From Methanotrichaceae archaeon (lineage in GTDB: Archaea > Halobacteriota > Methanosarcinia > Methanotrichales > Methanotrichaceae), in contig CAVVKN010000005.1 in the NCBI GenBank assembly GCA_963748825.1, positions 27,182 to 91,181 of the forward strand: a stretch of 64,000 bases of DNA, given 5' to 3'. Each line of letters opens with the position of its first letter. Within the stretch, counting starts at the first letter, position 1. Of this stretch, positions 8,994 through 19,869 are shown piece after piece. The notes below the pieces were generated by a model. It made no database searches, was not told the origin of the DNA, and worked only from the letters and a program-made list of their open reading frames with translations. The translations under genes were made by a program, and so were the position numbers.

Positions 8994-9692
8994 TTATTCA
9001 TGAAGATCGAATGCAGACGAATCGATCTTTCCAATGCCTCCGCCTCTTCCTTTGTTGGAAACGGAAAACCCCATCTCCTCCAGAAGCACTCTCGCCTCTC
9101 CCCGCCCATGTAGCAGCACCTCGGCCAGATCCTCCGGGCAATCGATGTCGCATCCCGCCCGGAAAGACTCGAAGACTGAGACCTCCAGCCCCGCCTGCCT
9201 GGCAAATTCCAGATGCTTGGGAAAGCTCAGCCCCTGGTAGCAGGTGCGAAACTCGGGGGCCCTGATGAGGATCATGTTGGTGCCGCCTCCCCGCCCCGGA
9301 CAGAGTACCACATCGCTCTGGCAGCTCAGAATACCTGCCACATCATTTGGCGCCAATAGAGCCAGATCGGCCATGACGATTAGAATATCACGTGGCCATC
9401 CTTGCCGAGCTTCGTCTGTGATCAATGCGTTTAAGGCATCGTTCAGATCCAGCTCCGACTCCTGGATCTCGACATCGTAGCCGACGTCCATGATATCCAG
9501 TCCCGGTCGGGAGAGAATCGTCACTTTGCCAAAACCAGAAACGGTTCCAAGAACATCCCTGAGCATGGCAAAGGCCAACAGCCTTCGCTCTGCAGGCTCC
9601 AGCGCCGGGGCCAGCCTGCTTTTGGCATCGCTCCGCTTAAAAGGCACCACGATCTGAACCGGTCTATGCACGCCCCCGGCTATCTGCGGCAA
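8994..9692 (-). CDS. cofC: 2-phospho-L-lactate guanylyltransferase
   Basis: VPFK...AKSRL, MADL, GGGTN, DIDCPEDL. Confidence 0.92.
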   Translation of the reverse strand: MPQIAGGVHRPVQIVVPFKRSDAKSRLAPALEPAERRLLAFAMLRDVLGTVSGFGKVTILSRPGLDIMDVGYDVEIQESELDLNDALNALITDEARQGWPRDILIVMADLALLAPNDVAGILSCQSDVVLCPGRGGGTNMILIRAPEFRTCYQGLSFPKHLEFARQAGLEVSVFESFRAGCDIDCPEDLAEVLLHGRGEARVLLEEMGFSVSNKGRGGGIGKIDSSAFDLHE

Positions 9693-9703
9693 TCGATAAA
9701 ATC

Positions 9704-10435
9704 CTATCTCCTTAGGTGAGGCCGGATCACGTCTTTGTCCTCAGCCATAAATACCGAGTCGCCGCCAGAGCGAGGATACTTCAGGCCGCGAAAAACAACA
9801 GCAGGAGTCCCGTCTCCCGCCTCGCCCATGAGCAGATTGGCCATTGCCGCGATCTCGTCCACTATGGCCTCTAAGGTGATCTCCAGGGCCTTGCCGTGCA
9901 GGTCTTGCTCCCCGCGCCAGTCTCGCAGAGCGGCAATGCCCGCCCAGCCGATCGCCACGCCCGCCACACCAGAGCGAAAGGGCCGGCCGCAGGTATCGGT
10001 GATGATTACGGCGCAGTCCTTTCCTAGCTCAGCGCGAAGCCGCTTGGCGCTGGTGCAGGGGTCTTCCGGCAGCAACAGTATCCGGGCGTCTCCCACATTG
10101 GACTGATCGATGCCGGCATTAACGCCCACATGACCAAAACGTGTCACTGTCAGCAGAAAGGGCCTCTCCAGCAGAACCTCCACGGATTCGTCCAGGACCG
10201 CCTGCACAAATCTTGGGTCCTTGCCGACATTCTGGGCGATCTCAATGGCTCTGTCGGTGGGATGATAGCTTTCCAGCTCCCGGAAACGGCCCTCCGACTT
10301 GGCCACGATGGTGCTGGCAAGACAGAGTACATCTCCGTATTGAAAATTAAAAAGAGATTTGACAAGTGAGGCGATATCGTCGCCTTCCTTGATGATGGGC
10401 AGGCCGCGAATGACATAGCCTTGCATTGATGGCAT
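9704..10435 (-). CDS. cofE: coenzyme F420-0:L-glutamate ligase
   Basis: GLPIIKEGDD, NAGIDQSN, IITDTCGRPFR, GEAGDGTP. Confidence 0.92.
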   Translation of the reverse strand: MPSMQGYVIRGLPIIKEGDDIASLVKSLFNFQYGDVLCLASTIVAKSEGRFRELESYHPTDRAIEIAQNVGKDPRFVQAVLDESVEVLLERPFLLTVTRFGHVGVNAGIDQSNVGDARILLLPEDPCTSAKRLRAELGKDCAVIITDTCGRPFRSGVAGVAIGWAGIAALRDWRGEQDLHGKALEITLEAIVDEIAAMANLLMGEAGDGTPAVVFRGLKYPRSGGDSVFMAEDKDVIRPHLRR

Positions 10436-10436
10436 T

Positions 10437-10670
10437 CTATTGAAATCGCGCATCAAAAGGCATCTTGCTGAGGCGATAAAGCCTGGCCTGAACCAGGAGA
10501 TCAAGCAGATAGGAGTAGTTCTCGGCGACGATCGCCGCCCTCTCCTCGCTGATCTCTGTCCAGGGAAGACCACCATAGCCTTCGGCATATTCCATCCAGA
10601 AGGCTGGCGGAGAGAACTCAAGCAGATACTTGTTCTCCTCGGTAAAAGTGAGGGTGATCTTCTCTTCCAT
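10437..10670 (-). CDS. hypothetical protein
   Basis: Fills the gap exactly between aIF2-beta and cofE on the same strand. Confidence 0.65.
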   Translation of the reverse strand: MEEKITLTFTEENKYLLEFSPPAFWMEYAEGYGGLPWTEISEERAAIVAENYSYLLDLLVQARLYRLSKMPFDARFQ

Positions 10671-11300
10671 CTAAGGCACCTTGCCCGTTCGCTCCACAAC
10701 CTCGGCGAAGGCCAAAGTTCCGCTGATCTTCTTGATCTTGGCCTTGACGATCTCGCCCTTGACGGCGCTGGGCACGAAGATGAGATATTTATCCACCTTG
10801 GCTATGCCGTCGCCCTTGTTGCCCACGGACTCAATGCGTAGCTCATAAGTCTCACCCTCTTCGATGACATCCTTCTGCACGATCGTGGCAGCCTTTCTCT
10901 TTCTCACCGGTCGGTGAGCGCCGCAGGCATCGCACTTGAGCGTCAGAACGCGATCGCTCTTGAGGAGGTGAGTATCTGGCAGCCTGCACTCTGTGCAGAC
11001 CACATACTCCTCGAAGTAGGACTCTATCTGGCGGGCGATGGCAGTCTCGCCGAACTTTCCCTGAAAGACGCCGCGCTGCCCCTCGATCTTGCCCGCTGTG
11101 CCCATCTCCTGGAGCAGATATTTCATGAGGTGCTCCGGTTCGCGATTTAGTGTGTCCGCGATGGCTCCGAAGTTCTCCAGTACGGTGGTCTTGCCCTCGT
11201 AAAAGACCTTGACGGAAGGTATGACGAACCGCTCCTTGGACTCCCGAGTGGCCGGCATCTTCTTCATGGCCCGATCCAGGCCCGCTAAATAGTCATCCAT
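10671..11300 (-). CDS. eif2b: translation initiation factor 2 beta with TRAM domain
   Basis: [25 protein letters not shown] and a C-terminal TRAM domain. Confidence 0.95.
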   Translation of the reverse strand: MDDYLAGLDRAMKKMPATRESKERFVIPSVKVFYEGKTTVLENFGAIADTLNREPEHLMKYLLQEMGTAGKIEGQRGVFQGKFGETAIARQIESYFEEYVVCTECRLPDTHLLKSDRVLTLKCDACGAHRPVRKRKAATIVQKDVIEEGETYELRIESVGNKGDGIAKVDKYLIFVPSAVKGEIVKAKIKKISGTLAFAEVVERTGKVP

Positions 11301-11313
11301 CCAGATACCTTAA

Positions 11314-11829
11314 TTATTTTATCAGCTCTTGACCCGACTCTACTATTATCTGAATCGGTGTCGGCAATTTATGCCCGGCCCTTGTCAATGCCACCTTGGC
11401 GTCGTTAAGGTATGCAAGGGGTATTCCCACGGTAAAGAGCTTCTGGCCTGCCTCGACCCTGGCCGCAGTTCCCACAGCCTTGCCGAAAGCCATCCTCATG
11501 CCGCTTGAGACACGGTCGGCGCCTGCACCCGTAGCCTGCTTATTTTCCCGGATTACATGGTGCGGATAAGTCCGAAGCTTGAGGTGGAAGTTGGTTCTGC
11601 CTGCCATTTTCATAAGGAAACGGTTGGCTGCAACTCTGGCTGCTTCAAGTGCGGTATGCCTGATTTGGCAAGGTTCCTTGACCACCAATGTGATCTGGAT
11701 GGGAAAATCTTCAGTCAAATTTCCCATGTCATAGTGTACTACTTTGCTTCCAGGAACGCCGCCCATGTATTTTCTGCGCGTGTAGGGCCGTTCCCTCCTT
11801 CTATACATGCTTGCTGGCTTGCGTGTCAA
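11314..11829 (-). CDS. rpl10e: 50S ribosomal protein L10e/uL16
   Basis: [26 protein letters not shown]. Confidence 0.97.
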   Translation of the reverse strand: MTRKPASMYRRRERPYTRRKYMGGVPGSKVVHYDMGNLTEDFPIQITLVVKEPCQIRHTALEAARVAANRFLMKMAGRTNFHLKLRTYPHHVIRENKQATGAGADRVSSGMRMAFGKAVGTAARVEAGQKLFTVGIPLAYLNDAKVALTRAGHKLPTPIQIIVESGQELIK

Positions 11830-11905
11830 AACGAAATTCCTCCGATAATCCTGAGATTGGTGCTACTATGCACCCTACTTATAAGGTTTGGCCTTAATTG
11901 CCGGC

Positions 11906-13153
11906 TTACACCGTGATGGGCGTAGAGAAAGACATCTCTTTAGCCAGAGGCCTCTTCATGAGCGTGCGGATATCTTCCGGACTTTTTGCATTTGCGACCG
12001 TCCACATGAGCTTGACCAGGGCTACCTCGGGCAGCATATCCTCGCCCTCAATTGCTCCGCCGTCCAGCATATAGCGTCCGGTATCGTATACCCGGTCACA
12101 TATTCTGCCCCGCAGGCATTGGGAGGTTATCACTACAGGGATATTCTCCTCTGTGGCCCTCTTAATGCCGTCTATCCAGTCGGATGCCACGTGGCCCAGG
12201 CCTGTTCCCTCTATCACAATGCCGCGATAGCCTTTATCGATGTAGTAGTTCAAGATCTCCGGCGAAGATCCGGGCGTGTACTTCACCAGGGCGCATTTAG
12301 GCTCAAGCCTGTCCATAACCTCCAGTTCTACCTCGCCACGCCGTCGGTAAGGCTGGAAGGTCTGAATCTTTCTGGTGAGGTAGTCCACCTTCCCAAGCGG
12401 CGCCTGGTTTATGCTCTGGAAGGCGTCCCGGCGGGAAGTATGCATCTTTCGGACACGCGTGCCTCGGTGAATGGAGCAGTAGTCATCGCTGGTTGTGCCG
12501 TGCATCACCACACAGACCTCGGCAATGTCGCTGATGGCAACGCTTGCCGCACAGACGGCATTCATGGAGGCATCGCTGCTGGGTCGGTCGGAGCTCCTCT
12601 GCGAGCCCACGAGGACTACCGGCACCGGCGTCTTCAACATAAAGGAGAGCGCTGCCGCGGTATACATCATGGTATCTGTGCCGTGGGTTATGATCACGCC
12701 CTCTGCGCCTGCACAGATCTCCTCCGCCACTGATTGCGCGAGCTTTATCCAGTATTCGGCGCGCATGTTCTCGCTCAAGATCTGATAGATGACGCGGGCA
12801 CGGTAGTTGGCGATCTCCTCCAGCTCCGGGATGGCGGATATTATCTCGCCTGCGGAGAACTGACTGGTGACGGCTCCCGTGCGGTAATCGACCTTGCTGG
12901 CAATGGTTCCTCCTGTGGATAGAATGGAAACCTGGGGGAGGCCTTCTCTTACTTGCAAAGGCCTGTCTTTGTGCAGTGGCAAGCTTTCCGGGCGTTTTTG
13001 CAGGAGCGTTAGCTCACACTTAGCGGCACATAGGCCGATATTGTAGCCGTTGTCCAGCTTTATGACCATGTATCCTTCGCGCCGGGAAGGCATGAGCACG
13101 CCCTCAAAGGATGTGCCGTCCCTCTCTACGGAGATTCTGTCTCCAAGTTCCAT
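11906..13153 (-). CDS. gatD: Glu-tRNA(Gln) amidotransferase subunit D
   Basis: [32 protein letters not shown]. Confidence 0.96.
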   Translation of the reverse strand: MELGDRISVERDGTSFEGVLMPSRREGYMVIKLDNGYNIGLCAAKCELTLLQKRPESLPLHKDRPLQVREGLPQVSILSTGGTIASKVDYRTGAVTSQFSAGEIISAIPELEEIANYRARVIYQILSENMRAEYWIKLAQSVAEEICAGAEGVIITHGTDTMMYTAAALSFMLKTPVPVVLVGSQRSSDRPSSDASMNAVCAASVAISDIAEVCVVMHGTTSDDYCSIHRGTRVRKMHTSRRDAFQSINQAPLGKVDYLTRKIQTFQPYRRRGEVELEVMDRLEPKCALVKYTPGSSPEILNYYIDKGYRGIVIEGTGLGHVASDWIDGIKRATEENIPVVITSQCLRGRICDRVYDTGRYMLDGGAIEGEDMLPEVALVKLMWTVANAKSPEDIRTLMKRPLAKEMSFSTPITV

Positions 13154-13280
13154 TTTTGTCTCACCAGATCCACATTAACCCCTGCTACTTTATGCTAGGC
13201 ATCTAAAAACGTTGCCCTTGAGTTAGATAAATACTGATCAAAAAAGGCTTTTATCTCAAGAGGAAGCTAAACTGCAGAGG

Positions 13281-14105
13281 ATGTTAGTGATGCACAGATG
13301 GGACCCCAATGTGTATGAAAAGAGTTCGTCGGCTCAGCAGAGGTGGGCGCAGGAACTTCTATCCAAGATCTCAATCCGAGGGGACGAACGGATACTCGAT
13401 ATCGGATGTGGAGACGGCAAAATCACCGCGGAGATTGCACTCCTCGTCCCCAGGGGATCTGTCAATGGCCTCGATAATTCCGGGGAGATGTTGAGCTTCG
13501 CCAGGTCCCGGTTTCTGCCTTTGAGCTGGCCTAACCTTGCCTTTCAATATGGAGATGCTTCGGAATTAAAGTACGAAGATGAGTTCGATCTTGTTCTCTC
13601 CTTTGCATGCCTGCATTGGGTGCAGGATCATGGACCGGTTCTGGAAGGGATCAAACGCAGCCTCAAGAACGGCGGCAAGGTTTTGATGCAGTTTGGAGGC
13701 CGGGGCAATGCTGCCGCGATTCTGGTGGTTGTAGATGGGCTAATTTCCGAGAAGAAATGGTCCGGATACTTCGAAGGTTTCAGGTTTCCTTATGGCTTTT
13801 TCGGCCCTGACGAGTATCGGACCTGGCTTGAATGCGCAGGCCTGAGAGCCTTGAGGGTGGAACTGGTAGCAAAGGATATGGTCCAGAAGGGACGAGAGGG
13901 TTTGATCTCCTGGTTCAAGACTACATGGCTGCCGTATATCGAAAAAGTACCTGAGGATTTGCGAATGGATTTCATTTGCGAAGTAGTTGATCGGTATATC
14001 CGGATACACCCTCTCGATGACGAGGGAAATGTCCATGTCGGAATGGTAAGACTGGAAGTGGAAGCCGAAAAGAACACGAAGAACGGTTTGCAGGAGAAGA
14101 AATGA
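13281..14105 (+). CDS. class I SAM methyltransferase (Tam-like)
   Basis: ILDIGCGDG, SFACLHWV. Confidence 0.85.
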   Translation: MLVMHRWDPNVYEKSSSAQQRWAQELLSKISIRGDERILDIGCGDGKITAEIALLVPRGSVNGLDNSGEMLSFARSRFLPLSWPNLAFQYGDASELKYEDEFDLVLSFACLHWVQDHGPVLEGIKRSLKNGGKVLMQFGGRGNAAAILVVVDGLISEKKWSGYFEGFRFPYGFFGPDEYRTWLECAGLRALRVELVAKDMVQKGREGLISWFKTTWLPYIEKVPEDLRMDFICEVVDRYIRIHPLDDEGNVHVGMVRLEVEAEKNTKNGLQEKK

Positions 14106-14635
14106 TCAATTTTGTTACCAGCAATAATGGAAAGTTTGCGGAAGCCCGGGCCATCTTCGAGGACCTCGTGCAAAGGGACATCGGCTATGCTGAGATACAG
14201 GCAGACACGCTGGAAGAGGTGGCTCTCTATGGCATGAAAGAGGTCGCAGCCAGGTTGCAGGGGCCGGTGATGCTCGAAGATGCCGGCCTTTTCGTAGAAG
14301 CTCTAAAAGGTTTTCCGGGCGTTTACTCCGCGTATGTGCAAAAGACCATAGGCAACGCCGGGATACTGCGGCTCATGGAGGGCCAGGAGACACGAAAAGC
14401 TTTCTTCAAATCAGTGGTCGCCTATGCCGAGCCGGGCATGGAAACCGTAATGTTCTCAGGAGAGGTGCACGGGCAGATCGGCTTTGAGCCGCGGGGCAAG
14501 AAGGGCTTTGGCTATGATCCCATCTTCTATGTGGGCGACGTGAGTTTAGCGGAGATGGATCTGGTGAATAAGAACCAAATCTCCCATCGCGCCGGTTCGA
14601 TGAGGGCTCTAAAAAAATGGCTGGACAGCCACTAA
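14102..14635 (+). CDS. rdgB: RdgB/HAM1 XTP/dITP diphosphatase
   Basis: TSNNGK, GFPGVYS, FGYDPIF, KNQISHR. Confidence 0.95.
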   Translation: MINFVTSNNGKFAEARAIFEDLVQRDIGYAEIQADTLEEVALYGMKEVAARLQGPVMLEDAGLFVEALKGFPGVYSAYVQKTIGNAGILRLMEGQETRKAFFKSVVAYAEPGMETVMFSGEVHGQIGFEPRGKKGFGYDPIFYVGDVSLAEMDLVNKNQISHRAGSMRALKKWLDSH

Positions 14636-14846
14636 ACCCTTTTTCGCCGATGGCGTCATATCGGCATTTATCAGGATGGAAACGGGACCTCTGCTGGGAT
14701 GCGATGCAAAGGGTTTGGTTGCTTGAGGCGAACTGAATGCCGTATTTTCATTTAGCTTAAATAATTATTTCAATATTTTATTCTTTTTTTTTTTGATAGG
14801 TGCGAAGGAAAACCGTGTCTTTGCCTGGTGGGAAAGGCGGGCAGAT

Positions 14847-15107
14847 TCACTGCCGCTTTTTCTCCAGGGCACAGCGCGGCAGCAGCCTGGCATCGATGGC
14901 TTTGATGTGGGGCGCCTGGACTGCAGAAACATAGACCTTGCGCTCGCCTACTACGATTACGTGATCGGTCGCCTTGGGCGGGCTGATCCTGATGGAGAAC
15001 ATCAGGGGGCCTTCACATGTGGTAGCCACGCGTAGGTCAGTAGAGCGGGCGCGAATGTACTCCTCCATCTCCGGAGTGATCTTGAAGGGAAACGGTTTTT
15101 CCGGCAT
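14847..15107 (-). CDS. hypothetical protein
   Basis: MPEKPFPFKITPEMEEYIRARS...; divergent from rnp4. Confidence 0.6.
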   Translation of the reverse strand: MPEKPFPFKITPEMEEYIRARSTDLRVATTCEGPLMFSIRISPPKATDHVIVVGERKVYVSAVQAPHIKAIDARLLPRCALEKKRQ

Positions 15108-15174
15108 TGATCTGAGCAAATGGCTCCAGGATATAGAAATAGGTTTTATATCCCGACTCCCCACAGGAAAAGCC

Positions 15175-15489
15175 GTGAGACGGAGAAAGGACAGCCATAA
15201 AGCCAGAGACCTGGCCCTGCAGCGCATGGAGAGGCTCTTTGCGCTGGCAGGCGCAGCGCACGCGGCCCATCCGGAGAGGAGCGACAGATACGTGCAGATC
15301 GCCAGGAAGATTTGCACCCGTACCAGAGTCAGAATGCCCCACCCGCTGAAAAGGCTCTTTTGCCGGCACTGCGGCAGCTTTCTCTCACCGGCAGGGACGA
15401 GGGTGAGGCTTCGCGAAGGCATCCTGACCACCACCTGCCTGTTATGCGGCGAGCAGATGAGGCGACCTTACGGGTCCAAAAAGAACTAG
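15175..15489 (+). CDS. rnp4: RNase P protein component 4 (Rpp21)
   Basis: RMERLF, RYVQIARKI, KRLFCRHC...TCLLCGEQMRRPY; GTG start inferred. Confidence 0.9.
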   Translation: MRRRKDSHKARDLALQRMERLFALAGAAHAAHPERSDRYVQIARKICTRTRVRMPHPLKRLFCRHCGSFLSPAGTRVRLREGILTTTCLLCGEQMRRPYGSKKN

Positions 15490-15605
15490 CCGGAAAGGAT
15501 CCGCCCGAAAAGGACAAGAGGCCAGAACTAAGAGGGTTGGTCTTGGCGGTCCAGGAAAAAGTCGATGCAACTATTCTAACTGGACGCCTTAATGATTGAG
15601 CAAAT

Positions 15606-16067
15606 CTAATCGATACTATCTGATGGAGACATCCCCAGTTGATCGTAGCCTATGTACTGCATTATGCGATCCTTTTTGTCTCCGATCAGTTCTTTCTCGC
15701 GATCGAGTATCTCTCTCACCAGGGCATTGATTGGCACATTTCCATCCCAATTTCTGGCCAAGATGTCAGACGAGCTTGATTCCTTCACCACCTCATTGGC
15801 AATAAACGCGCAAAGATAGATATCATCTACATAGCCGGCCGGACCGTACTTCTCCTCGGAGATGATGTCCTCTGGAAGGATAAAATATGCAATGGCGGCA
15901 ATTACCAGCGGCGACATCGACCTGGGAAGAGCGCTGTCATCCAGGAGTTTGGTCATCATTCTGTAGAGGGCCGGAGCCTGCGCAATTAGCTGGGAAAATT
16001 CGCCCTCATAACCGGATATGTCCTTTTCCAGTATGGCATCAAATCTCTTCAAATTAAACCACCTCAC
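15606..16067 (-). CDS. YkvA/DUF1232 family protein
   Basis: AIAYFILPEDII...GYVDDIY. Confidence 0.8.
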   Translation of the reverse strand: MRWFNLKRFDAILEKDISGYEGEFSQLIAQAPALYRMMTKLLDDSALPRSMSPLVIAAIAYFILPEDIISEEKYGPAGYVDDIYLCAFIANEVVKESSSSDILARNWDGNVPINALVREILDREKELIGDKKDRIMQYIGYDQLGMSPSDSID

Positions 16068-16154
16068 TCCTTAGTCATGGATATTCCCAGGGGAAATACC
16101 CTGCTTTAGAATATGCTATTGATGGGTAATTAATTAACTTTTGTGCCATGATTT

Positions 16155-16949
16155 TCAAAGGTGCTCTGCAAGATCGGCCAGCGACTCCAGCACCATATCG
16201 GGCTTCACGCCGGTGCTTTTCGCAATCTCTTCTTGATACTTTCCCGTTTTGACCAGTATCCCCTGCATGCCCATCTCCTGGGCTCCAAGTACATCGGTCA
16301 AAATGTCATCTCCTATCATGGCTGCATCTTCTGGCCTTATTCCCAGGTCGCTCAAAGCCAGTTGGAAGAATTGTCGCGAAGGCTTTCCCATCAGCTCCGC
16401 CTTCTTTCCTGTGGCATATTCAAGAGCTGCAACAAAAGGACCCGTTGATAGGACCAGGCCTTGCGGCTCCATCCAGTATCTATCCTTCTCCAGTGCCAGG
16501 ATCTCCGCTCCATCTAAAATCAGGCGCAGGGCCTGGTTAAGGCGGTCGAAGGTAAAGCTGTTTCCGGCGTCTCCAATTACTACATAATCCACGTCGTCTT
16601 CACAGATGCTGATATCAGCATCCTCAAAATCCCTGTGCACGTCTCCGGTGGTGAGAAGGAAGCATCTCTCTTTTCCTGATCTCTTCATTTTCTCGATGGC
16701 GGCCAGGGGTGGGGTGTAGATGTGCTTGGCGGGAACACTGTATCCCAGGCCCTTGAGACGCTCTGAAACGGAGCTGCGACAGCGGCGTGTGGAGTTGGAG
16801 ACGAAGCGGTAACCATATCCCAGCTCCGACACGCGCTGCAGGCATTCCCTGACTCCCGGAATAGGATTCTTGCCCATGTAAAGAACGCCATCCAGATCGA
16901 CGAGAAATGCCCGGACAACGTTTGGAATTTTCGGTTGGTTTGAAGACAC
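16155..16949 (-). CDS. HAD-IIA hydrolase (LHPP-like)
   Basis: DLDGVLY, GKPS, MIGDDILTDV, VKTGKY. Confidence 0.9.
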   Translation of the reverse strand: MSSNQPKIPNVVRAFLVDLDGVLYMGKNPIPGVRECLQRVSELGYGYRFVSNSTRRCRSSVSERLKGLGYSVPAKHIYTPPLAAIEKMKRSGKERCFLLTTGDVHRDFEDADISICEDDVDYVVIGDAGNSFTFDRLNQALRLILDGAEILALEKDRYWMEPQGLVLSTGPFVAALEYATGKKAELMGKPSRQFFQLALSDLGIRPEDAAMIGDDILTDVLGAQEMGMQGILVKTGKYQEEIAKSTGVKPDMVLESLADLAEHL

Positions 16950-17064
16950 GACCTCACCTCCGAGCTATTCCAAGATATATTTTGCGAAGATTACATTCAG
17001 TGCCAATGTCGTCCAAGAGTGGGCGCGCCTTTGATAAAGCTGTAGTGCATAGAAGCCTCAACCG

Positions 17065-17727
17065 ATGTACGATTATCTCCTCAAATTGAGCACATGGGCT
17101 CTGCTCGCCCTGACGGCCATCTGCATGATCTCTTCCGGCGCACAGTTTAACGGCACTACCTATCATCTAGGGGAAAGAGAGGCTCTGATCACTGTGCCCG
17201 TAAATGCCGGCCAGTTAAATATCACACTTTCCGAGAAGACGGATAATATGACGCTCTTTGACGAATCAGGCAAGAACGTCACCTTCAATAGCAGCTATCG
17301 ATTCTGGCGGGGAGACCATATCTACAGCCTGACCTTTGCGAGGCCCGTCACAGGAAGGCTGGTTTACACCATGCGTCTGCAGGGCCAGCAGTTCATTCTT
17401 CCCATTAGAGATCACGGCGGCCCGCTGCGCATAATTTTGCCGGCAGGCTTCACGACGGGAGAGCGCAGCTTGGGCGTAGCCCGGCCGGCGCCGGACGAAT
17501 TCGTGGAGGATGATTCTGGCAGCATTCTCACCTGGAATAATACTACGCAAATCTCGTACATCGAGGTCAACTATTACCGGAGAGGCGCTCCCCAGGCATT
17601 GATGATTATTCTTGCCATACTGGCTCTGACTGGCCTGGTCCTGCTGGCTCAGTACTACACGAGCATAAGAAAACTGAAGGCGGCCAGGATGGAGATGGAA
17701 AACGAGACGAATGGGAAAGATCGCTGA
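17065..17727 (+). CDS. membrane-anchored hypothetical protein (DUF5803-like)
   Basis: Signal peptide plus C-terminal TM; LPAGFTTGERSLG. Confidence 0.7.
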   Translation: MYDYLLKLSTWALLALTAICMISSGAQFNGTTYHLGEREALITVPVNAGQLNITLSEKTDNMTLFDESGKNVTFNSSYRFWRGDHIYSLTFARPVTGRLVYTMRLQGQQFILPIRDHGGPLRIILPAGFTTGERSLGVARPAPDEFVEDDSGSILTWNNTTQISYIEVNYYRRGAPQALMIILAILALTGLVLLAQYYTSIRKLKAARMEMENETNGKDR

Positions 17728-17759
17728 TGTCTTCGTGTGTTTTTTAGAATTGGGATGAA

Positions 17760-18668
17760 TTAGGACGGGTGGGCTGGCGGTATGCCCTCTGCCTCGAACT
17801 CCTTTTTAACGGCCTCTCTTATATCGCAGGCGATACTCTTAGCTACATTTCTGCCGGGAATGGTAACCTCCAGCCGGAGAGTCAGCTCCGAGTATCTGGA
17901 ATTTGCAAGCTGCACGCTCATGGGCTTGTCTTTGAACACCAGGGGGTGGCTCCTGGCATTCTTGAGGATGATCTCCCTGGCCCGATCGATGTCGGAAGCC
18001 TTTTCAAGGTCGAAGTCCACCGCCCAAGTTATCTCCGGCTCCCTGATGGACCAGTTGATAATCGGCTCCATGCTTATGATGCTATTGGGGACAATGATTC
18101 TCTTATTATCTGTGGTTTTAATTACCGTATGCCTCAGTGTCAGGTCCTCCACCTGGCCGTATTCTCCTCTGAAATCAACCAAATCTCCCACTCGAATTGG
18201 CTGGAAGACTGCTATGAAGATGCTAGATGTGAAATTAGAGAGAGAGTCCTTGGCGGCATAGCCGATGACAAGACCGGCAATGCCTGCGCCAGCGAGAATG
18301 GCTGTGACCAGGCTTTGGAGCTGCGGTATCTGAGAGATGATGAGCATCAGGCCGATTACGTAGATGGTGGCCGAAAGCAGCCTGCGCATCATGAGCTGCA
18401 TGGTCTCGTCCATCTTCATCTGAACTTTGCTCGCCACTGTGGGAATATAATTCACCAGCATGCGATCTAAGATGCGAGCGGTGTGACAAGTTAAAATCAT
18501 AATCAATACTATAAAAGATACATTTAAAAAAATAGAAGCCAAATCTATGCTGCTGATGGTATTTGCCAAAATCTGAATAAAAACAAGGTCAACATGTCTG
18601 CCTGTCATTGAATCCACAGTCTTTTGAATCCAATTCGCCAGAAGAATCGGATCGGTTATGCCTGCCAT
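17760..18668 (-). CDS. MscS mechanosensitive channel
   Basis: GYAAKDSLSNF, PIRVGD, IIVPNS; start uncertain. Confidence 0.9.
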   Translation of the reverse strand: MAGITDPILLANWIQKTVDSMTGRHVDLVFIQILANTISSIDLASIFLNVSFIVLIMILTCHTARILDRMLVNYIPTVASKVQMKMDETMQLMMRRLLSATIYVIGLMLIISQIPQLQSLVTAILAGAGIAGLVIGYAAKDSLSNFTSSIFIAVFQPIRVGDLVDFRGEYGQVEDLTLRHTVIKTTDNKRIIVPNSIISMEPIINWSIREPEITWAVDFDLEKASDIDRAREIILKNARSHPLVFKDKPMSVQLANSRYSELTLRLEVTIPGRNVAKSIACDIREAVKKEFEAEGIPPAHPS

Positions 18669-18793
18669 TACTGTAAGATTCATCAGAGCTAGGAAAGGAA
18701 AAAGGATACATAAACGTTTCCGGACTTCTCGGGACAATACAGAGTTGCAGACGAAGCCGCAGATAGCCCAGGAGAAATTTGCTGAGATCCTCC

Positions 18794-18821
18794 ATGCCCC
18801 GCGCAGCAAGCTGCGGGGTAT
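18794..18821. mobile_element. solo IS200/IS605-type end hairpin
   Basis: atgcccc-gc-gcagc-aa-gctgc-ggggtat palindrome. Confidence 0.4.
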
Positions 18822-19343
18822 TCATTTTTAAATGAACTATGCAGATGCGAAGGCATTCAAATCCGCCAGGGAAATCTTCGACTGCACTTGCGTAAAAGTC
18901 CCAGCAAAGGCGCAATTTCCACGATGAACAACGGATTAATTATCAATATTTTTTAAGTATTATTAAATCTCGGCCTAATCCAATAAAGGGAACAGAGCAT
19001 TAATAGAGAAAAAATTAGGAGGATCATGTCCAGAAAACGCCCATGCCACATCATTTGCTATTTCTAGAATGATTCGACTTATTGCTACTCAATACGAAAA
19101 CTTTATTACCTTGTAATACATACTGGTCGAATGGAGAGCTGCAGCAGGACCTCCTTTACCCTTGATAAAAAACCTGTTGTAAGTCCCTGGCAAGTCTGCC
19201 ACGCCAGGGCGCTCCTCTTCTGATTCTGAGATACACATCAGAAAAAAAGCTATTTTGATAGCGAATCTAAATTGGTCAAAACGGTAAATCCAAATGCCGA
19301 GGACTATGATCTTAGTCCTTATCCCTGTTAAAAATCAAACTGC

Positions 19344-19585
19344 GTGCGGCCACCCCACCCTAAAGGGATGGGGTATGCTTCGGGCCGCACGCACGCCCGG
19401 TTAGCTGGAGATCAGAAATCATCGAGCTTTCGTTGACCAGATCCCCTTGATCTGAATTATCGTAACTCTGTTTTCGGTTCCCAGAGAGTCCTTGTTAATC
19501 AATCTAAGAGAATGTGAAAACCGGGCGAGGGTTCACTTCATCCCCAACCTGAAGGTTGGGGTATTCGTGACCCTCTGCACTCCCG
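19344..19585 (-). mobile_element. non-autonomous IS200/IS605 derivative
   Basis: Two end hairpins, ccccaccc-taaa-gggatgggg (19353-19373) and ccccaacct-ga-aggttgggg (19542-19561), with no ORF between them. Confidence 0.7.
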
Positions 19586-19689
19586 ATGTAATAAAAGGAG
19601 CTGTAGAGGTTATTGGTATTTGAAGGGCGACCTTCGGAACGGGCACTTTCAGCGATGGATATGCGAAAGATACCAGTTTATATGACTTC

Positions 19690-19835
19690 CTCCCCACTGC
19701 CTTCGCGTTCCCAGGTATTTTTGCGATCAGCAAGTGCTTTATTCCAAAGATGCCTGCAAGTTTCCAGCGTTAAGGCCAATTGTACTTCCTGTTGTTTGTT
19801 TGGGTATAGCCTGAACTTGTAGGCAGTTTTTATAT
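19690..19835 (-). pseudogene. tnpB: TnpB N-terminal remnant
   Basis: Manual translation KTAYKFRLYPNKQQEVQLALTLETCRHLWNKALADRK, typical of HTH_OrfB_IS605. Confidence 0.8.
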
Positions 19836-19869
19836 TGATTTAGATATGGCAGGTGCATGCTATATTAAG

